From Defluviitaleaceae bacterium (lineage in GTDB: Bacteria > Bacillota > Clostridia > Lachnospirales > WRAX01): DNA of 64,000 nucleotides. Location of the stretch: NCBI GenBank assembly GCA_009785555.1, contig WQWB01000001.1, positions 1-64,000 of the forward strand. Reading direction: 5' to 3'. This document shows positions 8,578 through 18,502 of the stretch, one piece after another. The notes beneath the pieces are model-generated. The model was given only the letters and a program-made list of their open reading frames with translations. It had not been told where the DNA came from and did no database searches. Positions within the stretch are counted from its first letter, which is position 1; the number at the start of each line of letters is the position of its first letter. Both the position numbers and the translations under genes were made by a program.

Positions 8578-9434
8578 TGTCAAGTCTAGCCCTCAAACTC
8601 GTCGCCATCATTACTATGACGATAGACCATATCGGAGTGGTATACCAAAGCATGTGGCAATACGCCGGGCTCGCTAACTTTATGCGCGGCGTCGGGCGTA
8701 TTGCCTTTCCGCTTTACATATTCCTTATCGCCGAAGGGATGCGGAAAAGCAAAAACCGCCAGCGCTATTTGGCATGGCTCTTCATTTTCGCCGTAATATC
8801 TATCGTACCGTTCAGCCTCTTCCGCGGCATCAATAGCAGCGGGCTTTTGGCAACCGTGCAACCGCGTTTTTTGGATGTTTCAACCGCAAATATCCTATTC
8901 GAGCTTTTCCTAGGCGCGTTAGCCATATTTTTATTTGATTTATGCAGAAAGTACATCACGGCCGGAAGGGGCGTGGCCGGCCACGTCGTTGGTTTGGCCG
9001 CGCCGATTTTTTGCGCGTATTTGGCGCACCTCATCAATGTTGATTATACGTGGATGGGTATGGCGGCGATTTTCGCGACTTATTACATTATGTCATTTGA
9101 GGATAATAAATATTTAAAGAATCTACCTAAGGAATTTTGGCGATATGTACGCATTGTACCCATAACCGCTTGGGCTATTTACTATTATAACATACATTTG
9201 GGTTCACTTATGCGGCAGCGGATTGTTTTACCCGCGACCTTCGGCGACGTTAATTTGGAGTTCTCTGTATTCGCCGCCTTCGCGCTTATCGCGCCGCTCC
9301 TGATACTTTTATATAATGGCGAGCCCGGCAACGCTAAACTTCGGGGGCCGTTTAAAATTTGGTTCTATATCTACTACCCCGCCCATTTACTTGCTATATT
9401 CGCTTTTGCCTCTTACCTAAGGATTAACCAATAA
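8577..9434 (+). CDS. TraX family membrane protein
   Basis: MSSLALKLVAIITMTIDHIG N-terminus typical of the TraX family, multi-pass membrane protein. The start overlaps the deoD stop (TAATG). Confidence 0.7.
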   Translation: MSSLALKLVAIITMTIDHIGVVYQSMWQYAGLANFMRGVGRIAFPLYIFLIAEGMRKSKNRQRYLAWLFIFAVISIVPFSLFRGINSSGLLATVQPRFLDVSTANILFELFLGALAIFLFDLCRKYITAGRGVAGHVVGLAAPIFCAYLAHLINVDYTWMGMAAIFATYYIMSFEDNKYLKNLPKEFWRYVRIVPITAWAIYYYNIHLGSLMRQRIVLPATFGDVNLEFSVFAAFALIAPLLILLYNGEPGNAKLRGPFKIWFYIYYPAHLLAIFAFASYLRINQ

Positions 9435-9439
9435 TTATT

Positions 9440-11386
9440 ATGGACAACAAAACCACAGATAAATTTGACTTTAAGGCCGAAATAAGGCTCGTCCCCGACG
9501 GACCCGGCATTTATATATTTAGGGATAAAGACGACACCGTCATTTACGTCGGTCGTGCTGTTAATTTGCGTAACCGCTTGCGGTCGTACTTCCAGCCCTC
9601 ATCTACAGGCGAGAAGGCGACGGACCGAATGAAGGTTACGCAGATCCAAGTTACGGCTAAGCGGTTTGAATATATTATTACGGAAAACTTGTTGGAAGCC
9701 CTGATACTCGAATGCAATCTTATAAAGGAATACATGCCGCGCTACAACGTACGGCTTAAGGACGATAAGAACTTCCCATACATCTGCCTATCGCTTGCTG
9801 ACGATTTCCCCCGCGTCACCATGGCGCGCAAGGCGATGAAGGACGGCAACAAATATTTTGGGCCTTTTGTTTCGTCATATTTCGTATCGGAGGTTGTAAC
9901 CGTCGCAAACACGCTGTGGCCACTTAGGGTATGTACAAAACGGATATCGGCGGATGTGGCACGCAATGCACGACCCTGCCTTAACTATCACATAAGCAAA
10001 TGCCCCGCGCCGTGCGGCGGGCATATCGGAAAAGATGAATACCGCACAAATATTTCCGAGATACGGGACTTTCTATCCGGCAAGCGCAGCGATATCGCGA
10101 AAAAGCTTGAGAATGACATGGCCGCCGCAAGCGAAGCGATGGAGTATGAAAAAGCGGCCAGACTCAGGGATAAAGTAATCGCGTTGCGTAGGTTAGACGA
10201 AAAGCAGTCCGCAGACACGATATCAACGGGCGATCACGACGTTATCGCCCTCGCGCATGACGGGGAGACCGCGCTGGTGCAGGTTTTCTTCATCCGCGCA
10301 GGTAAGATGACAGGACATGAACATTATATAATGGCGGGGTTGAGCATTGAATATCCAGCCACAGATCACACGGATTACACGGATTCAAAGATTATGCAAG
10401 CGTTCATCACGCAGTTCTACAGCTCCGCCGCCGCCGTGCCAAAGGAGTTAAACGTAAGCGTTATGCCCGAAGATGACAGCATAATTGCGGAATGGCTGAC
10501 AAAGCAAGCCGGCCGTAAGATTACAATAAACGCGCCGGAGCGCGGCGACAGGAAAAGGCTTTGCGACCTAGCAAAGAAAAACGCGGCGCAAACTCTTGCC
10601 CAGTTCGGCGAGAAATACAAGCGCGAGGAAGAGCGGACGAAGGGTGCGGCGGCAGAGATTGCCGAAATGCTTGGCCTTGAAATAGAACTTAACAGAATAG
10701 AGGCGTTCGACATTTCCAATGTACAGGGATATGAAAACGTCGCATCCATGACGGTGTTTGAAAAAGGCAAACCAAAACGCGGGGATTACCGTAAATTTAA
10801 GCTCCGAACCTTTAAGGGCGCGAACGATTACGCCGCAATCGAAGAGGCTGTGACGCGGCGCTTCCAAAGGTACTTTACCGAACTTGAGGACGGCGCGGCG
10901 ATAGAGGACGGCAAGTTTACCATGCTGCCGGATATCGTGTTCGTTGACGGCGGTATTGGGCAGATTAATGTGGCCATCAAAGTGCTGGAAAAATTTGGAC
11001 TTAATATACCCGTATGCGGCATGGTGAAGGACAATAGGCATAGGACACGCGGCTTAATCTTCCAAGGCTCTGAATTTAATCCGCCGAAAAACGGTGAAGC
11101 CTTCCGCCTTATAACACGCATACAAGACGAAACGCACCGCTTTGCCGTTGAATACCACCGCAAGCTGCGCGAAAAAACCATGCTGCGCTCCGTGCTGGAC
11201 GATATACCCGGCGTAGGCCCCACGCGGCGCAAGGCACTGCTCAAATTCTTCGGTTCAACCGAGGGGATAGAAGCGGCGGACGTTGAAACTCTTATGAAGG
11301 TAAACGAAATTAACAAACCAGTTGCGCAGAAGATTTATGACTTTTTCCGAAAGGAAAATAGTGCGGAAGATATCAAAAGTAATTAA
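9440..11386 (+). CDS. uvrC: excinuclease ABC subunit C
   Basis: GIY-YIG N-terminus (GIYIFRD...VIYVGRAVNLRNRL), UvrC domains, 648 aa. Confidence 0.95.
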   Translation: MDNKTTDKFDFKAEIRLVPDGPGIYIFRDKDDTVIYVGRAVNLRNRLRSYFQPSSTGEKATDRMKVTQIQVTAKRFEYIITENLLEALILECNLIKEYMPRYNVRLKDDKNFPYICLSLADDFPRVTMARKAMKDGNKYFGPFVSSYFVSEVVTVANTLWPLRVCTKRISADVARNARPCLNYHISKCPAPCGGHIGKDEYRTNISEIRDFLSGKRSDIAKKLENDMAAASEAMEYEKAARLRDKVIALRRLDEKQSADTISTGDHDVIALAHDGETALVQVFFIRAGKMTGHEHYIMAGLSIEYPATDHTDYTDSKIMQAFITQFYSSAAAVPKELNVSVMPEDDSIIAEWLTKQAGRKITINAPERGDRKRLCDLAKKNAAQTLAQFGEKYKREEERTKGAAAEIAEMLGLEIELNRIEAFDISNVQGYENVASMTVFEKGKPKRGDYRKFKLRTFKGANDYAAIEEAVTRRFQRYFTELEDGAAIEDGKFTMLPDIVFVDGGIGQINVAIKVLEKFGLNIPVCGMVKDNRHRTRGLIFQGSEFNPPKNGEAFRLITRIQDETHRFAVEYHRKLREKTMLRSVLDDIPGVGPTRRKALLKFFGSTEGIEAADVETLMKVNEINKPVAQKIYDFFRKENSAEDIKSN

Positions 11387-11460
11387 TTACGAAATTAATG
11401 AGTTAAGACGGTCACAAACCGCCCATACGAAATCTAATAACCGCTACGAAAGGTTTTATA

Positions 11461-12405
11461 ATGGATATAGTACCCATTACGGATTTAATAAATGAGTTTA
11501 AGCTGCAGGTTTTAACCGGCGGCGTTGATATGACAAACCGCTATCTCGTAGGCCCGGAAGTTGATCGGCCAAGTTTACAACTTACAGGGTTTTTTGATAT
11601 CTTCCACCACCGCCGATTACAAATCCTTGGGCGTATAGAGCTTATTTATATGTCCAAATTGTCGCCGGAGATTAGAAAAGAACGTTTACAAAAACTTTTT
11701 TCATACAATATACCATGCGTAATCATCTGCGGGTCGAAGGAGATCCCGCAGGATCTGATTTGCGCCGCCACACAATCCGGCACACCGCTTCTTCTTTCTT
11801 CGGACCGCACGTCTGCCTTTATTGCCGAGGTTAACAAGTGGCTGCGTGTGCAGCTTGCCCCGTGCATGACGGTACACGGGGTATTGGTCGACGTTTTCGG
11901 CGAGGGGATTCTAATTATGGGAGAATCCGGCATCGGCAAAAGCGAGACAGCGCTGGAGCTTGTAAAACGCGGGCACCGCCTTGTAGCGGACGATGCTGTG
12001 GAGATAAAGAAAGTATCCAATACTACGCTCGTCGGTTCGTGCCCGGAAATAACGAGGCATCTTGTGGAACTTCGCGGCATAGGTATTGTTGATATACGCC
12101 ACATGTTCGGCGTGTCGTCCATAAAATCCACCCAAAACATAGATTTGGTCATAAGGCTTGAGATGTGGGAAGAAAAAAAGGAATACTGCCGCATGGAACC
12201 TTCGTCGGATACGATATCCTTTTTGGATAAAGATATCGCGTGCATAACCATACCCGTCCGCCCGGGGCGTAACCTGGCGATTATATGCGAGTCCGCCGCA
12301 ATAAACCATAGGATGAAAGCGATGGGTATAAACACGTCGGCATCTTTTATGGATAAGATAAATGCGGGATTTGGGATTGGAATTAACAATGATATCGGGA
12401 GTTGA
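11461..12405 (+). CDS. hprK: HPr kinase/phosphorylase
   Basis: Walker A GESGIGKSE, HprK signature. Confidence 0.9.
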   Translation: MDIVPITDLINEFKLQVLTGGVDMTNRYLVGPEVDRPSLQLTGFFDIFHHRRLQILGRIELIYMSKLSPEIRKERLQKLFSYNIPCVIICGSKEIPQDLICAATQSGTPLLLSSDRTSAFIAEVNKWLRVQLAPCMTVHGVLVDVFGEGILIMGESGIGKSETALELVKRGHRLVADDAVEIKKVSNTTLVGSCPEITRHLVELRGIGIVDIRHMFGVSSIKSTQNIDLVIRLEMWEEKKEYCRMEPSSDTISFLDKDIACITIPVRPGRNLAIICESAAINHRMKAMGINTSASFMDKINAGFGIGINNDIGS

Positions 12406-13331
12406 GAAATAGCGTGATCCAGACAAATATCGATGTTAAAAAATTCAAAAGTTTAGATCCAAGGCAAATAAATATACGATTAAACGAACCAATGGCTGGC
12501 CATTGCACCTTTAAGATCGGCGGTACGGCAGCCGTTTTTGTTGAACCCGCAACAAAGCAAGCATTGTTTGATCTACTTACCATCTGCCGAGCGGATAATT
12601 TACCCATATTCATTTTAGGGCGTGGCTCTAACACGCTCTTTGCCGACGGTTTTATTGACAGGATAATTATTTCAACGAATTTACTTGACAACATATCAGC
12701 GGCTAACGCAACAACCCTTCTTGCGGATGCGGGTGCCAAACTGCGTGATATAGCGTTTTTTGCTATGCAGCAAGGCCTTACAGGCTTTGAGTTTGCGTGC
12801 GGCATACCCGGCACGTTGGGGGGTGCGCTGTATATGAACGCGGGCGCGCACGGCGGCGAAATGGGGCATATCGTACAGTCGGCAACGGTTGTTGACAGAG
12901 ACGGCGCTGTTTCCACCCTCACAAACGCCGAGCTTGGGTTTGCCTACCGACGCAGCTTTGTGATGGACGGCGGGTTGTTTGTGTTGGACGCAACAGTCAA
13001 ACTCTCAACCGGCGACAAGGATGAGATAAACGCAAAGATGCAGGGACACTTGCAATTACGGAACGACAAGCAGCCCATCAACATGCCAAGCGCGGGTAGC
13101 GCGTTTAAGCGCCCCGGCGACAATATCTTTGCGGCGAAGCTAATTGATGACTGCGGGCTTAAAGGGTATGCCGTAGGCGGCGCGCAGGTTTCGGAAAAGC
13201 ACAGCGGCTTCATCGTGAACACCGGTGACGCAACAGCCGAAGACGTACTCACACTTATAAAATATATCCAAGATGTAGTTAGGCAAAAGGATGGCATTAC
13301 CCTTCATCCTGAGATTATCTATGTTGATTAA
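12402..13331 (+). CDS. murB: UDP-N-acetylenolpyruvoylglucosamine reductase
   Basis: FAD-binding FKIGG, MurB C-terminal domain. Confidence 0.9.
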   Translation: MRNSVIQTNIDVKKFKSLDPRQINIRLNEPMAGHCTFKIGGTAAVFVEPATKQALFDLLTICRADNLPIFILGRGSNTLFADGFIDRIIISTNLLDNISAANATTLLADAGAKLRDIAFFAMQQGLTGFEFACGIPGTLGGALYMNAGAHGGEMGHIVQSATVVDRDGAVSTLTNAELGFAYRRSFVMDGGLFVLDATVKLSTGDKDEINAKMQGHLQLRNDKQPINMPSAGSAFKRPGDNIFAAKLIDDCGLKGYAVGGAQVSEKHSGFIVNTGDATAEDVLTLIKYIQDVVRQKDGITLHPEIIYVD

Positions 13332-13356
13332 TACCGAAATTAATGGAGTTCGGTTT

Positions 13357-13887
13357 ATGTTTGACACCACCGACTCGCCATTTTCGCCGCGCGGAGTGGA
13401 TAGGGGTACGCTTGCCATGCTATCCGCCGTGGACATATCGTCGGCTGGCAAACTATTAGATTTAGGCTGTGCCTATGGCGTTGTAGGCATTTACGCAGCA
13501 AAGTTTATTGGTGAAGAAAATGTTGTTATGTCCGATATCGACCATAAATCCATAGTTTTATCGAACAAGAACGCGGAGCTTAACAACGTCTCAGGTATAA
13601 AAATTGTGCAGAGCGACGGCTTCAGAAACTTGGAGGATACTGGCTTCACGCATATCCTGTCCAATCCGCCGTACCACGCCGATTTTAGCATAGCCAAGCA
13701 TTTCATAGAAAAGGGATTTAACCGCCTCGCGATTGGCGGTTTTATGGTTATGGTAACGAAGCGGCGCGATTGGTACAAGAACAAGTTGGTATCCATATTC
13801 GGCGGCGTTATGATACAAGAAATCGACGGATATTTCGTCTTCGTTGCGGAAAAACGGAGTGAAAAATATGCAGGTGTAAAAAAATGA
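13357..13887 (+). CDS. class I SAM-dependent methyltransferase (RsmC/RlmG-like small domain, NPPY motif)
   Basis: LDLGCAYG SAM motif, ILSNPPYH motif. Confidence 0.65.
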   Translation: MFDTTDSPFSPRGVDRGTLAMLSAVDISSAGKLLDLGCAYGVVGIYAAKFIGEENVVMSDIDHKSIVLSNKNAELNNVSGIKIVQSDGFRNLEDTGFTHILSNPPYHADFSIAKHFIEKGFNRLAIGGFMVMVTKRRDWYKNKLVSIFGGVMIQEIDGYFVFVAEKRSEKYAGVKK

Positions 13888-14501
13888 CATTTTCAGCCAA
13901 GGTTAAATGTGAGATCGCAAGCGCGGATTTTGAAAATAATGCCAAACGCGCCGAATTGGCCGCTTTGTTTATTTCCTGCGGATATGTCAATGACCCCGTC
14001 CGCGCGTACCACGCTGAGTTCCGCCTGGCGGACGCAGCATCAGCATTAAGCGCGTTAAATTTGCTTGCCGACTTTGACCTAACACCGCTGCAGCTAACAA
14101 AACGCAGCGCGCGCGGCGTTACGTTATACTTTAAAGATAGCGAAAAGATCGGAGAGCTTCTTTGCATAATAGGGGCTCACCGTGCTTTTCTGGATTTTGA
14201 AAACGTAAAGATACGCAAATCCGTCGACAACCGCATAAACCGCCACGCCAATTTTGATGCGGCGAACGTGGACAAATCAATCTCCGCCGCCGTTAGGCAA
14301 ATTGAGTGCATTGATATTATAGACGCGGCCGTAGGTTTGCGCTCCTTAGGCAAACCATTAGAAGAAATAGCCGTTATAAGGCGGGAAAACCCGTCGATAC
14401 CTTTACAGGAACTTGGCGCAAAGCTATCGCCGCCAATCACAAAATCCGCCGCAAACCATAGGTTGCGAAAAATTATTGAAATAGCGGAAAAATACAAATG
14501 A
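13884..14501 (+). CDS. whiA: sporulation/cell-division regulator WhiA, shortened form with an internal deletion in the LAGLIDADG-like domain
   Basis: Conserved N-terminus (MTFSAKVKCEI..KRAELAALF) and C-terminal HTH (ANHRLRKIIEIAEK), but only 205 aa against the ~315 aa typical. Confidence 0.75.
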   Translation: MTFSAKVKCEIASADFENNAKRAELAALFISCGYVNDPVRAYHAEFRLADAASALSALNLLADFDLTPLQLTKRSARGVTLYFKDSEKIGELLCIIGAHRAFLDFENVKIRKSVDNRINRHANFDAANVDKSISAAVRQIECIDIIDAAVGLRSLGKPLEEIAVIRRENPSIPLQELGAKLSPPITKSAANHRLRKIIEIAEKYK

Positions 14502-14516
14502 CAAGGATGACTGATT

Positions 14517-14765
14517 ATGTCCAAATCCGAAATAAGATGTACCGTAAACTTAGAGGCACGCCTGGTTTCCCTTTTTGTGCAGACGGCCGGCCGGTATGAC
14601 GGCCGCATCATGATTAAGCGCGGAAGCACCGAGGTAAACTGCAAAAGCATAATGGCTATCGCCGCAATGGCTATACGCGCTGGGGACGAAGTCACAATCT
14701 CATCCACTGGTGCGGATGCGCCGGCTGCTATTTCCGCTCTCAGCGGTATCTTATCAAATAGATAA
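14517..14765 (+). CDS. crh: HPr-like phosphocarrier regulator Crh (Glu at the His15 position, Ser46 retained)
   Basis: HPr fold. NLEARLVSLFVQTA aligns to Crh GLQARPAALFVQEA. KSIMAI Ser46 motif present. Located downstream of whiA, as in Bacillus. Confidence 0.75.
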   Translation: MSKSEIRCTVNLEARLVSLFVQTAGRYDGRIMIKRGSTEVNCKSIMAIAAMAIRAGDEVTISSTGADAPAAISALSGILSNR

Positions 14766-14767
14766 AA

Positions 14768-14800
14768 ACAGGGCACGCGCCTTCGCGTACCCTGCCTTTT
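14768..14800. terminator. rho-independent terminator
   Basis: CAGGGCACGCG...CGCGTACCCTG stem then TTTT. Confidence 0.5.
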
Positions 14801-14809
14801 GCGGCCGTT

Positions 14810-14983
14810 TTATTTATCCGCCTCAAAACTTTCACATTCCGTCTCGCGCTTGGAACGCGCCTCTGCGGAAATGTTGGTGTTGCCTATAACTATGTCGGTA
14901 AGCGTACAGTGGCTTACCTTATCGTTATATTTGCAGCTGTGTACGCCGCAGTTAATATCCTGTTTGCCGTAATTGTCAGACAT
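14810..14983 (-). CDS. DUF1540-like small Cys-rich protein (57 aa), not in the ORF track
   Basis: MSDNYGKQDINCGVHSCKYNDKVSHCTLTDIVIGNTNISAEARSKRETECESFEADK, AGGAGG RBS 8 nt upstream. Coordinates are approximate, within +-3 nt. Confidence 0.5.
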   Translation of the reverse strand: MSDNYGKQDINCGVHSCKYNDKVSHCTLTDIVIGNTNISAEARSKRETECESFEADK

Positions 14984-15056
14984 TTGGCCTGCCTCCTAGT
15001 TTTTGATGTAATTAGGATGCGCATATCTGCCTATTTTATACATATGGCAATTATTT

Positions 15057-15308
15057 TTAACGCTGTACAAACAAGAAAATTAGAAACGCTATATCAAGCA
15101 CAAGATAGAACACGGCAGTTGGAACGCCGGTTTTATTTTTGATACAAATCCAAAGACCGATGGCCGTGGCAATGATACCGGCGATAACTAAGATAATACC
15201 CGTCCAGAACATGCCGTTCGACTCCGCAAATAAAGCTATGAAAAAGCCTACTAAGTCTAAAACCAAACCGATCATGAGGAATTTGTTAAGATCTCTAAAT
15301 TTACCCAT
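15057..15308 (-). CDS. small membrane protein, 2-3 TM helices
   Basis: Hydrophobic 83-aa ORF. Confidence 0.35.
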   Translation of the reverse strand: MGKFRDLNKFLMIGLVLDLVGFFIALFAESNGMFWTGIILVIAGIIATAIGLWICIKNKTGVPTAVFYLVLDIAFLIFLFVQR

Positions 15309-15388
15309 ATTAATATACTCCTTCCCATAAAATTTACAACGGAAAGGAGTATATCATATTTTGCGAAAAATGTCAAATCCAAACGAAA

Positions 15389-16339
15389 CTACCTAGGGGT
15401 TACCCGCTCCACGCTATATCCGTCTTGTATCAGTAGATTGACGATACCCATCTCGCCTATCAGGTTTGCCGCATTAATAACAAAAAATACGTTCCGCTTA
15501 TCGGCGAGAACGGCACGCGCGGCGGCGGCCATAATACGGTTGGGACCGAAGATCAGCGTCTCACTCGCTTCACGAAACAATTCTTCGTCAGCCCCGTCGG
15601 GCGCGTACATTATCGTATATAATATCTCCTCATAATCACCTCGGATAATCATCTCAAAAAGATAGATCATGCTGTTGACATATGCCTCCGTATCCAACCG
15701 TTCCTCAAGAAGCAGCAACTGCAGCTCGGCAGATATACTATACGTACTCCTAAATAAGTCAAGGATCGTTTGCGTACCGATAATCGTCATATACGCTTCC
15801 AACGCTAAGTTAAGGAAATGAGTTTCGACCATATACTCTGCGTAAAACCCGGCTAAGTAAGCGTTAATATTGCCAAATACCGAAAACCACATAGGGAAGG
15901 TGAACGCCGGCGAAGTAACGAAGTCCGGGCCAAAAATACCCCGCATTGCACTCATGTAAAACGGATCAAGTACGCGGTCGCGCACTATGTCCAAAATATC
16001 ATGACCCAAAGTGTCTGCTATTGTGGTATCGCTAATGAGCAGGTCGTTCAAGCGTTGCCGATCAATCCAACGCAGTTCCTCAAGCGGATTTGTTTCCATC
16101 AAAAGTACGTCAGAAGCGTGGAATGCGTCCATAACGATGTCCGGCAAAGGGTAGATGTCTGCTCGTCCAAGCACTGGCGAGCCGAAGAGGTATAGTATGT
16201 AGCCGTCTGGAGATGTAACCCGCCATATTAATGGGGTTACAGCGTGGTTGGCCGGTGTTCCATAATTCTGCACGGCGGTGACACAGGCTGTTAAAGACAG
16301 AAGCAAAACAGCGACAAGAATGATTGCGGTTTTACGCAT
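15389..16339 (-). CDS. lipoprotein, TraB/GumN-like (putative)
   Basis: Lipobox LSLTAC. The YILYLFGSPVLG region resembles the TraB/GumN family, but the canonical His is absent. Confidence 0.35.
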   Translation of the reverse strand: MRKTAIILVAVLLLSLTACVTAVQNYGTPANHAVTPLIWRVTSPDGYILYLFGSPVLGRADIYPLPDIVMDAFHASDVLLMETNPLEELRWIDRQRLNDLLISDTTIADTLGHDILDIVRDRVLDPFYMSAMRGIFGPDFVTSPAFTFPMWFSVFGNINAYLAGFYAEYMVETHFLNLALEAYMTIIGTQTILDLFRSTYSISAELQLLLLEERLDTEAYVNSMIYLFEMIIRGDYEEILYTIMYAPDGADEELFREASETLIFGPNRIMAAAARAVLADKRNVFFVINAANLIGEMGIVNLLIQDGYSVERVTPR

Positions 16340-16443
16340 GGTGGTTCCTCCTTTACGGTGAATTATTTTTACCTTTTATTTGAAAAAAAACGTCATTAGC
16401 CTTATAGAAAAATTATTAGTCCACAAAGCTTACTCCGTGCTTA

Positions 16444-16525
16444 ACCCGCAATCCCATACGTCGGAGATTGCGGGTCAAGTGAGGGTATGTCGCATTCGCT
16501 CCAACCCTCACTAGCCCGCAATAAC
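16444..16525. repeat. CCGCAAT-type hairpin element (~80 nt)
   Basis: CCCGCAATC..GATTGCGGGTCAAGTGAGGG...CCCTCACTAGCCCGCAATAACG. Reverse-complement copy at 37385. Confidence 0.5.
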
Positions 16526-16584
16526 GCTCTTCGTTGTCCACTCAATAAATTTCGCTACAAATCCAATGACATTCTAACGGAATA

Positions 16585-18129
16585 CTACTCTTCTTCGATA
16601 GCTACTTCTTCCTGTTTATTCCCTTGCAAAAACCCCGGCAGAGACAACCCGGTCATGTTAAGCAAGTCGTTAAGCGGCGGAAGCGACTTCATAAGGCCGC
16701 TGGCGAAGTTGGCCGTTGCGTCCTTGCCCGCTCCGTCCCATACGGTAATCTTGTCAAACTTGAGGTTCTTAATCGCTTCAACCTGCGTCTTTACAATGTT
16801 TTCAAGCTTGTCGGCAATCATCATTTTCACGGCCGTATCGGCGTCGCCGCCCGCAGATTCCATAATCTTCATCAAACCGGCGGCCTGTTTGGAAAGGAGT
16901 TCTTCCGTACCACGAGCCTGCGCGTTCATAACGGCGTATTGCGCGTGCGCGTCAGCCTCGGCCTTCATGTGATGTGCGTCCGCTTCGCCTTTGGCCATTT
17001 TTCGAAGTTTCTCAGCATTCGCTTCAGCGGCCTTGGCTTCGGCTTCCATGCGGATGATAACGACGTCCGCGTCTGCCTTAGCCTGGCGGCGTATTTTCTC
17101 GGCATTCGCCTCGGCGTCGATCTCTATCTTACGTTTTTCGATTTCAGCTTTAACGATGATGTCCGCCTCGGCTATGGCCTGTTCGCGTTTTGCACGGGCA
17201 AGCTCGGCTTCTTGCTGGGCTGCGTATGATTCTTCCAATGCCTTAGCTTCAGCAATCTTTTCCGCGGCAACGGCGGCGCGGTTTGCCTCAGCTTCGCTTT
17301 CGCGGCGCATTGCGTCGGTTTTGGCGATCTGCATCTGCGCCTCGTTTACGCCGCGCACGGCCTCGGCGTTTGCGCTGGCCACGGAGATACGCTGGTCACG
17401 CTCCGCGTTTGCCGCACCTATGTTACCGTCCCTATCCTTTTCAGCCACGCTTATCTTCGCGTCGTTTATCGCCTTCGCGGCAGCCTCTTTACCAAGTGCC
17501 TGTAAGTACCCGACCTCATCCGTAATGTCCGTCATATTAACGTTTATAAGGCGAAGTCCGATCTTTTTAAGCTCTGACTCCACGTTATGCGAAACGGCGG
17601 CAAGGAACTTATCGCGGTCTGTGTTGATTTCTTCAATATCCATCGTCGCGATAACAAGGCGCAGCTGGCCGAAAATAATGTCACGAGCCAAATCCTGCAC
17701 TTCGGTGGACTTAAGGCCAAGAAGACGCTCCGCCGCGTTCTGCATGATCGTCGGCTCGGTGGAGATGCCGACGGTGAACTTACTTGGTACATCAACGCGG
17801 ATGTTTTGGCGGGAAAGTGCGCCCTTGAGATCCACACCTATGGAGATAGGCGTAAGGTCCAGATACTGGTAAGACTGAATAACCGGCCACACGAACGTCG
17901 CGCCGCCGTGTACGCATTTCGCGGCGATAGACCCGCCCGGCTCCTTAACGCGGCCGTAAATAACCATAACCTTGTCCGACGGGCATTTCCTGTAGCGCGA
18001 CAAAATGGCCGCCGCCACGCAGAAGAACACGACGACAATGATACCTATGGCGATAAAGACCGACACGAGTGTGTTGCCCCCGTCCGCCTCCGCGGCGGAT
18101 GATAAGAACGTTAAACTGTTTTGTAGCAT
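16585..18129 (-). CDS. floT: flotillin family (SPFH/band 7) membrane protein
   Basis: N-terminal TM, SPFH domain, long Ala/Glu-rich coiled coil, 514 aa. Confidence 0.9.
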   Translation of the reverse strand: MLQNSLTFLSSAAEADGGNTLVSVFIAIGIIVVVFFCVAAAILSRYRKCPSDKVMVIYGRVKEPGGSIAAKCVHGGATFVWPVIQSYQYLDLTPISIGVDLKGALSRQNIRVDVPSKFTVGISTEPTIMQNAAERLLGLKSTEVQDLARDIIFGQLRLVIATMDIEEINTDRDKFLAAVSHNVESELKKIGLRLINVNMTDITDEVGYLQALGKEAAAKAINDAKISVAEKDRDGNIGAANAERDQRISVASANAEAVRGVNEAQMQIAKTDAMRRESEAEANRAAVAAEKIAEAKALEESYAAQQEAELARAKREQAIAEADIIVKAEIEKRKIEIDAEANAEKIRRQAKADADVVIIRMEAEAKAAEANAEKLRKMAKGEADAHHMKAEADAHAQYAVMNAQARGTEELLSKQAAGLMKIMESAGGDADTAVKMMIADKLENIVKTQVEAIKNLKFDKITVWDGAGKDATANFASGLMKSLPPLNDLLNMTGLSLPGFLQGNKQEEVAIEEE

Positions 18130-18363
18130 GTTTACCTCCTGAATATAGTGTTTTAAATTGATTAATCCCTAACGGTATGTTTACAACGATCTTTTTATTG
18201 CATTCTGGGTATATTAGTTTTATGTAATATTCTCTATTCCAACAATTCGAAAAAACAAGATACATTTGGTTGTTCCCATTTATAACCTTGTTGTGAATTA
18301 CAGTGAAACGTATAGTTTGAGCTTCATTTAAAGAATTGTAGATAACTCCTCGACTTACGCACC

Positions 18364-18434
18364 GTCATTGCGGGTTACTGGGAGTTAATTCACACGTCTC
18401 ACCGTGATTTTACTCCCAGTTAATTCGCAATCTC
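18364..18434. repeat. GTCATTGCGGG...CGCAAT hairpin element
   Basis: Internal inverted repeat CTGGGAGT/ACTCCCAG. Shares the GAGTTAATTCGC core with the copy at 53083. Confidence 0.45.
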
Positions 18435-18502
18435 ATCTTGTACGGTTATTATCTGTTATGAGATTACGAACCACCAGGGTTTCGTTACAACCATAGTAAC
18501 AC

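Noticed and set aside
16991-17872. 293-aa Ala/Ser-rich ORF (also 17283..17525 Arg/Pro-rich, 17587..18102) on the + strand
   Set aside because: Entirely antisense to the well-supported flotillin gene, with low-complexity composition typical of spurious frames in GC-rich, Ala/Glu-codon-rich coding sequence
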